From assembly GCA_964016885.1 (NCBI GenBank), contig OZ024743.1, positions 259,594,001-259,658,000 on the forward strand: a stretch of 64,000 nt of DNA, given 5' to 3'. The position numbers were made by a program, and so were the translations under genes. The DNA comes from Eledone cirrhosa. Lineage: Eukaryota. Position 1 is the stretch's first letter. Each line of letters begins with the position of its first letter. The notes beneath the pieces were generated by a model. That model was not told where the DNA came from and made no database searches. It was given only the letters and a program-made list of their open reading frames with translations. This document shows, piece by piece, positions 56,573 to 64,000 of this stretch.

Positions 56573-56573
<1 letters not shown>
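55868..56573. mobile_element. ORF-less terminally redundant unit, period 529 bp, in (TA)n
   Basis: ~176-bp direct repeat 55868-56044 / 56397-56573; CTGACGA on the minus strand in each repeat. Confidence 0.75.
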
Positions 56574-56614
<41 letters not shown>

Positions 56615-58608
56615 CATCAACTAGTTCCGTGGGCAGGATGGGAGGGAGAACATAAAAAAAAGAACATTTATTTTCCTTTTTTTTCCTGGGAATCTATTAT
56701 ATGAAATTAAAATAAAAACACGTTTTGGACAGGTTTTAAGTTTTGTTTAAAGATACTTTGATCAACTTAAAGAGATATAATTCTGACCAAACTGAGTTTC
56801 CTGGCTGCTGAGTTTCCTGGCTGCAGAAATTCTTGTAAATCAGAGAATCGATTTGAGAAGAATCATTGATGAAAATTACCATAAAAGGAGTGTCAGTTTT
56901 CATTATATCTATCAACCAATATCCCGACAAGTCAAGTTATATTTAGTTGTAATAGTCATTTTCTTTCATGGATTTCTCAATATTTTGATATAATGAAATA
57001 TTTGATCGAAAAAATCATTAGCAGTTCTTTATGATTAGATCCAGGTCAGACTTGATCAAGCAGATACATTATCAGTGGTATTGGTATTTAACTGTGACTA
57101 TATTGTCTTTTCAGGCGAGGTTTACCTAAGACTACTTTATCAAATATCTTTTTTCTTCGGTCGAAGTACAACATTTGTAATGTGTAACTGTCTAAAATAT
57201 CTCCTTCGTGTCAACATTAGAAATTATCAATATGGTGAGTGAGTGGGTTCTGGTGGATGTAATAAAGAAAAGGTTACATTATTATCGTTTTATAATTGAG
57301 AGTGGTAGGTTGGCGGAGTCATTAGTTTGACAGAATGCTTTGTGATATTTAGTTACGTCTTTCTACGTTCAGGGTTCAAATACTGCCGAGTTAAACTTAG
57401 CCTTTCATCCATCCGGAGTCTATTAACTAATGTACCATTTAATAAAGGGGTCGATATAATCGACTTTCCCTTTCGACGAAATTGCTGGTCTTGTGCAAAT
57501 TTTAAAGAGAATTATTATTATGATTTGGTCTGTGGCAAAGCAGAATCATTGGATCATTAGAAATAAATGTATTTTGGAGCTTTACGTTCTTGGTTCAAAT
57601 TATGCCATGGTCAACACTCAATGTACATCCCTCTGAGGTTGATAAAATAGAGAACCAGTCGGTATAACCAGCCTTCCCTAATTTTATAAAGGAGAAAATT
57701 GCTACAACAAAACTAAAATAAATAAACACGAAAAAGTCATACATAGGGCAAAATAACTTGCTAACTTTAATGTATGACTGGGCTACTAAAAATTCAGCTT
57801 AAGGTAATAGAAAGGCAGAAGTTGTCCTGACTTTGCCTCTACCTGTTACGTCCCTATGTGCACAGGAATGAACCGTATCAACCCTAAAAATTGACACTGT
57901 TTTGACTTCTAGAAGTTAACTGAGAAGATGGGACTGCCCGTTTTTACGTTGTATTTTTCATTGTCTTTGTCCTTTGTATCTCACTGATGTTTTGACATCA
58001 TATTCTAAAAACAGCCATGCGGGCTTTTCTTTTTTGAAAGTATATATATGTATATACGTATGCGTGTTGGGGGGGGGGGGGGTATGTATTTTTGTATGGA
58101 AGGGGAGAAAGAGAGAGACAGAGAGAGACAGAAAAGACGAGAACCAAGGTCAATGATGAACACCAAACACAGAGAACAATTACTTAAAACATTGTTAGGC
58201 TCATACTTGTAATAAATGAAAAAGAAGTAATTTCAACGTATCGGACGTTACACATTCATTAGGAAAGATACAAGACTGGGAGAAAGAAAAACATTTCTTC
58301 TCTTATATTTCTTATGCAATATATAGGTATCTCCCTTATAGCATCTCACTTAATCTCCCGGAAGATATCTTGTGGTTTTTCATGCATATATGTAAGACAT
58401 TCTTACATAATTTTTCATAGATTATTTTCAGTTTATGATTCCGATTATCTGTTCCGTTAAACACTGTTATACAAAGATAAATATCGATTATGTTAAAATA
58501 TATCTAGCTATGCCTATATTACTGGCTAAATATATCCATAAATATATGAATATTTAAATATGTATGAATATTTATTCATATCTGCGTCACTTACGTTGTG
58601 ATAGCGTA

Positions 58609-58766
<158 letters not shown>

Positions 58767-60020
58767 GAAAAATACAACTGTTATTGCTGACATATTTTAT
58801 GATGGCTATTTTATATTCTACGGCACAGTATTTTAGTTTGTGCTTGCCATAATAAAGTTTACTAGGTTTATCAACCTTTCAAGATTCCCTCGTCTTATTT
58901 TCTCGATAAAATAATTGTTGTGGTGAGTCTATATATCTCATTCGTTATCAATAGCTTTGCAGATTCTGACATCTAACATCAGGTTTGTTGCAGGAATTAC
59001 GAAATATAAAACTTTGTTTCTGATATCACTAATTGTTTTTCCTTTATTTTACAACTAGTGTTTTAGTTGTTGTTATTGTTGATTAGCTCCAGGTTAACTC
59101 AGACAGAGCAAACGTATTATTAAAGAACTTCCAGCTGAAATAACTTGCCATCATTTTGGTTAACTAGAAATACATTATCAGTGCGCTTGTTTCGTCTATG
59201 AAAGTTAGATGTGAGTGATTTAAGGTGCATTTGGTTGCTATTTGTAGCATATGAAATGAAGATATCAGCTGTGCCTCCATTGCCAATCCACATCAACTGG
59301 TGATTTTCTAACCAGTTTTATTTCGTGCTGTATGCTATAATGTAATGAAACGGGTGTAAAATAGCCGAATGGTTAGGAAGTTTGCTTCACAATCTTTAGG
59401 TTCTGGGTTTGATATCACTGTGTGCCATCTTAGATAAGTGTTATATATAATAGCCTCTGATCAAGTCAAGCCTTCTGAGTGAAATTGGAAAGAGGGAAAC
59501 TGTTTAGGTACCTGTCAGTTGAACTGCACATGTAATTCAAAAGCCAGCCTTAACACATACTGCGTCACACTGAATATCAGTGAGAATTTACGTCAAGAGT
59601 ATGTTTGTCTGTAGAATGTTCTGAAAGTTAGAGAAATGAGCATATAGCTTTCATATTTATATACGACTGTGTGAATTGCACTGGTAGTATAAAGTAGAAT
59701 TAGCTTGTAAGCATCGAGGTTGTTGTCGGTGATGTTTCAAATAATAGAATTCTTTAAGACGGTGAATATGATTAGATGTAATATAACATTCATCAATTTT
59801 ATATATTGTAGCAAATTTATATCTGTACTGTCGCAGAATTTGGTCTAGTAATTTACTAGAAATTACATGACTACCTAGTGTTCTGTGGCGTAATAGAGAA
59901 TTCATGTAGTGCTGTTTTGACCTAACAGAGATAAATGATGAAAATAAATAGCATCCAATGCACAAGCACATATACATATATATATATGTATATATATATG
60001 TGTGTGTGTGTATATATATA

Positions 60021-60098
<78 letters not shown>

Positions 60099-60420
60099 TG
60101 TGTGTGTGTGTAGTAATAATAAATGTGAAGACTAATATCCGAAGATTACAATAAATATATATATATATACAGTGGGGAAGTGGCCAGGCCAATGGCAAGT
60201 GGGCACCAAGGGGCCCACTGTAGCCTTGCAGGAGCCACTGTAGTATTATAGGCGCCAATGCTTAGCTTTCAAAAAATATCTGAAGTCTAAGAGAAAGAAT
60301 ATATATTTTTTTGAATTAATAAAACAATTAAGCCAAGCATTGTGTCAACCAATTCCCCAGGGAATTAATAAAGTAAGCCCAAATCATAATAGATTCAAAA
60401 ATCAGAGAGAGAAAGAGAAA

Positions 60421-60487
<67 letters not shown>

Positions 60488-60630
60488 GGATAGATAGAGA
60501 GAGAGGGGGGGGGGGGGGGGCGAGAAATGAGGTGCAACAGAAATGAAACATGAATTACAGGGTAAAATATAGACTAGTTACATGAGAAACAAAACGAGGA
60601 CGTAGTTTATGGAACATCCAAATGATTTAA

Positions 60631-61078
60631 AAGTCGACCTTAAGTAGGAGCAATAACATTAAGAAAGACATGAACGACACCACATCATTTTGTTTTGAAA
60701 ATTTTGAAAGTAGGTTTATAAGTATAAATTTTCATAAGATTTTCGTAGCTGTCTTCGTGGCCTGGCGTAGGTACTAGAGACGATGTAGATCCTGGTCTTG
60801 GTTTCAATCCTGTTCAAGTGGTGCATGTAATCTTTTTCAGTTTTTATTTTACATAGGAAAAAATCTGAAATGGTTTAACGGGAACACTACTCCCGACAAG
60901 GATCGAACTTCAGACCAGGATCCCCACCATCTATGAGTCCTCCAACTAGGCCACTGAGACAGCTACAAAAGTATAAGGAAAATTAATAATTATAAACCTA
61001 CTTTCAAAATCAAAGTTAAAAAGATGTGGTGTCGGTCATGTCTTTCCTAGAGCTATTAGTCATATTTAAGGTTGACTT
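60631..61078. mobile_element. MITE/foldback with tRNA-like segments inside both arms
   Basis: ~185-bp diverged inverted arms; minus-strand A box TGGCCTAGTTGG (60942-60953) and B box GTTCGATCC (60900-60908). Confidence 0.7.
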
Positions 61079-61184
61079 CTGGCTCTTTAGTAACAACCTT
61101 ATTATTCCTATGTGTATATAACTGTTGAATTAATTTAATTTGATTATTTTAACAAACAAATAATATATATATATATATATATAT

Positions 61185-61455
61185 TGGAAAATGAGGTTTT
61201 TTTACAAAATGAAAAAAAACGTGATGTCCTACACGAGTCAAAGTATAAGGAAAAAAGATGAAATCTAAAATGCAACTGGAGTTTTTTAAAAAATATTTAT
61301 TTGGTTCGTTTACCAGTTTCGCAGTTCTTGTGCTTTTCAAAAGTAGAATTGAGATGGAGGGTTTGTGGTTTTTCTTGCAGATGCGGTAAAGGAACCGAAT
61401 AAATATTTTTAAAAAGACTCCAGTTGCATTTTCGATTTCATCTTTTTTCCTTATA
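61185..61455. mobile_element. PLE pLTR fold-back (family of 22780-23145), mutated HHR at 61308-61343 on minus
   Basis: Clear homology; short inverted arm 61384-61455. Confidence 0.85.
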
Positions 61456-61476
61456 TATATATAAATATATATATAA

Positions 61477-61549
<73 letters not shown>

Positions 61550-61644
61550 TAGTAATAATAATAAAAGTGAAGACTAAAATACAAAGAGGGCTCATTAAGG
61601 ATAAATATATATCAAATACATCGGAACCCTACAGCAAATATTTA

Positions 61645-61765
61645 CAGATTAAAATAACAGATTGAAGTTTAAGCAAAGAATCGCTGCTTTCACTCTTAAC
61701 GGGCTCTTCTGAAACTAAAAAAATCAATCTGTGAACGCAGAAGTAGATATTTCGAAAAACGTTGC
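61645..61765 (-). mobile_element. Internal fragment of the Helitron at 5849-6895
   Basis: Reverse complement of ~6337-6452. Confidence 0.7.
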
Positions 61766-62447
61766 AACCGAAGGAAAACAGGAAGACAATACTTTGGTTC
61801 GTGAAGACGTTCCCTGGCAATGATCGAAAAAAACGAAGATAATAGATCGTTATGTGGTGCTAGGGAGAATAAATACACGCAAAGACAAAACCACGTTTCT
61901 GGTATAAATGGAGTCGTAGGCTAATATTCTATTCAGGAAACCGAAAGATTCTCGGCTTTAGAGTTAAGAATAATGTAAATAAATTAGTAGAACGAAAATG
62001 ACAGAGGTTATTAAAATCATAAAAGTAATAATAATTAAATATATACATACACACATCTATATACGTACATATATGTGCATACGCCAAAACAGCCGCCATG
62101 CTTGCATACACATGCACGTACACATAAACACGCGCGACACAAGTACCAGCACGACACAAGTACCCGCACACAAGTACCCGCACGGCAAAAGTACCCGCAC
62201 ACAAGTACCCAAATACACATAAAAATATATATATATGTGTGTTTATATAATTATATAAACGTATATAAATCTGCGCACACAAATATGTATATAACTCACG
62301 CGCACACATACCTACAGGTAAATATAGATGCCTAGGGATGTTTGTACAAGGCGAAAAGCTGTTATGTATACATATATATGAATATATATATACACATGTA
62401 CATGCACACATATATACGCACTCACACACACACACGCACACACGCAC

Positions 62448-62491
<44 letters not shown>

Positions 62492-62520
62492 ACACCCACA
62501 CACACACACACACACACACA

Positions 62521-62566
<46 letters not shown>

Positions 62567-62637
62567 CTTTGGCCGGGATTGTGCTTTAGACATGAACTTT
62601 CTTGGTTCAAATCTAGATGTTCCTGACCGAAGGGAGT

Positions 62638-62675
<38 letters not shown>

Positions 62676-62679
<4 letters not shown>

Positions 62680-62877
62680 CGAAGGAGTTGTCGCAAGGAA
62701 CCAGATGGACCATAACGTACCAGAGTACTCAATACTTAGTGTAGTAGAGTGGGTAATAGGAGAAAGCATGACCCCGACGGCAGGACTCAAGCCGTTTCGA
62801 CGGCTATTTCTGGACATTTTTAGTTCAGAAATAGCCGTTGAAACGGCTTGAGCTCAGCCGTGGATGTCATACTTTCT

Positions 62878-62881
<4 letters not shown>
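62676..62881. mobile_element. Fold-back fragment, family of 26225-26647
   Basis: Homologous sequence, hairpin centred near 62820, (TA)n flanks. Confidence 0.8.
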
Positions 62882-62956
<75 letters not shown>

Positions 62957-63080
62957 TTAATGGTAGCTATGATGTTTCCATAGGTGGCATGCCGGTTGAG
63001 CACTCTGTGTTCTTATAGAGCAGAGTGTGATATAATATAAAACGAAAAATCACTGATGCCTCCGGACTCAGTTTATTGTG

Positions 63081-63166
63081 TGTTACAATTGTTTCGCCGG
63101 CAGATAGCTTGAGAGAAGATCATTGTATGGATCTGTCTGATTCTAGATCTGCAGGTTCTTCGGACA
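63081..63166 (-). ncRNA. Type I hammerhead, CCGAAGA core, downstream of a decayed Naiad-like C-terminus
   Basis: Minus strand: TGT-CCGAAGA-ACCTGCAGAT...ATCTGCCGGC-GAAA-CAATTG-TA-ACA; upstream GCRQERKMF resembles CRH.RK.LL. Confidence 0.7.
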
Positions 63167-64000
63167 TATGTAATACTCTCGGAACAAATTTTCTCACTGG
63201 GGTGTTAGCTTCAAAAAACATCTTCCTCTCTTGTCTACATCCTATATCCTACGTCATCTTAAATTCTGGTCATTATTTGCTGCCAAACTGTCCATCAGCT
63301 GCACCCCGTCCGACACACTTCAATGGACTCATGCTGGGTTTGGTATTTCACAAGTCCGCTCACACACACATATATACCCACACATACACACACACATATA
63401 TACACATACACATACACACACACGCGCACACGTACATATATACGCATACACATATGTACACAGCCATATGTACGAATATACACCCGCATACACATACATA
63501 CACACACTCTCTCACACACAATCCCACGCACGCCCACGACCATATACATACCGACATACACGTCCACAGGCGCCTGCCTATATAGCCTCGTACATGCGCT
63601 CTCACACGCACGCACACGCGCACACACACACACACGTACACGCATACAAGGACACATACCTGCGTACGCGTACATTTGCTCATATACACAAACAGACATA
63701 TACATAGACGTACAGACATATACATAGACACACACACGCACATATACACGCCCGTCCTTATAGAGAGGCACAAAGACAGACACGCTCCCAAGGACACATA
63801 CACACATATACATACACACATATATATATCTACGTATATGTATATGCATACGCATAAAACAGAGTCACAAACAATCCCTACCCTATGTAGGTGCAAATAC
63901 ACATACATACACAGACCCCCCCACACACACGCGCGCGCACTGGCTCATATACATTTCAACAAATACGCGCTCAATTACCTCCGTATCCACGTACATCCAC

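Noticed and set aside
60170-60240. Tiny CAGTGG..CCACTG element flanked by TA
   Set aside because: A 6-bp inverted repeat and a single copy are insufficient

Overview
AT-rich, microsatellite-laden eukaryotic DNA. The SINE families and repeat landscape resemble an octopus/cephalopod genome (inference). No intact host protein-coding gene, rRNA, true tRNA or CRISPR array is supported; almost all listed ORFs are translations of microsatellites or of a ~9.6-kb 26/28-bp satellite (12.0-21.6 kb). The rest is mobile-element debris: Penelope-like elements (PLEs, including Naiad-type RT and GIY-YIG fossils), tRNA-derived SINEs, RTE/CR1 LINE fragments, a Helitron 5' end with an STPR-like exon, and MITE-like foldbacks. 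The main signal is a dense set of type I hammerhead ribozyme (HHR) motifs, about 20 copies from roughly 14 sequence families, read by eye on both strands. Most lie in PLE 3' ends or ORF-less units between (TA)n tracts. Six families have the covariant U3-A8 core (UUGANAA). Several units are ORF-less and terminally redundant (retrozyme-like), and many fold-back junctions fall inside the ribozyme. All folds were assigned by hand; none was computed or tested.
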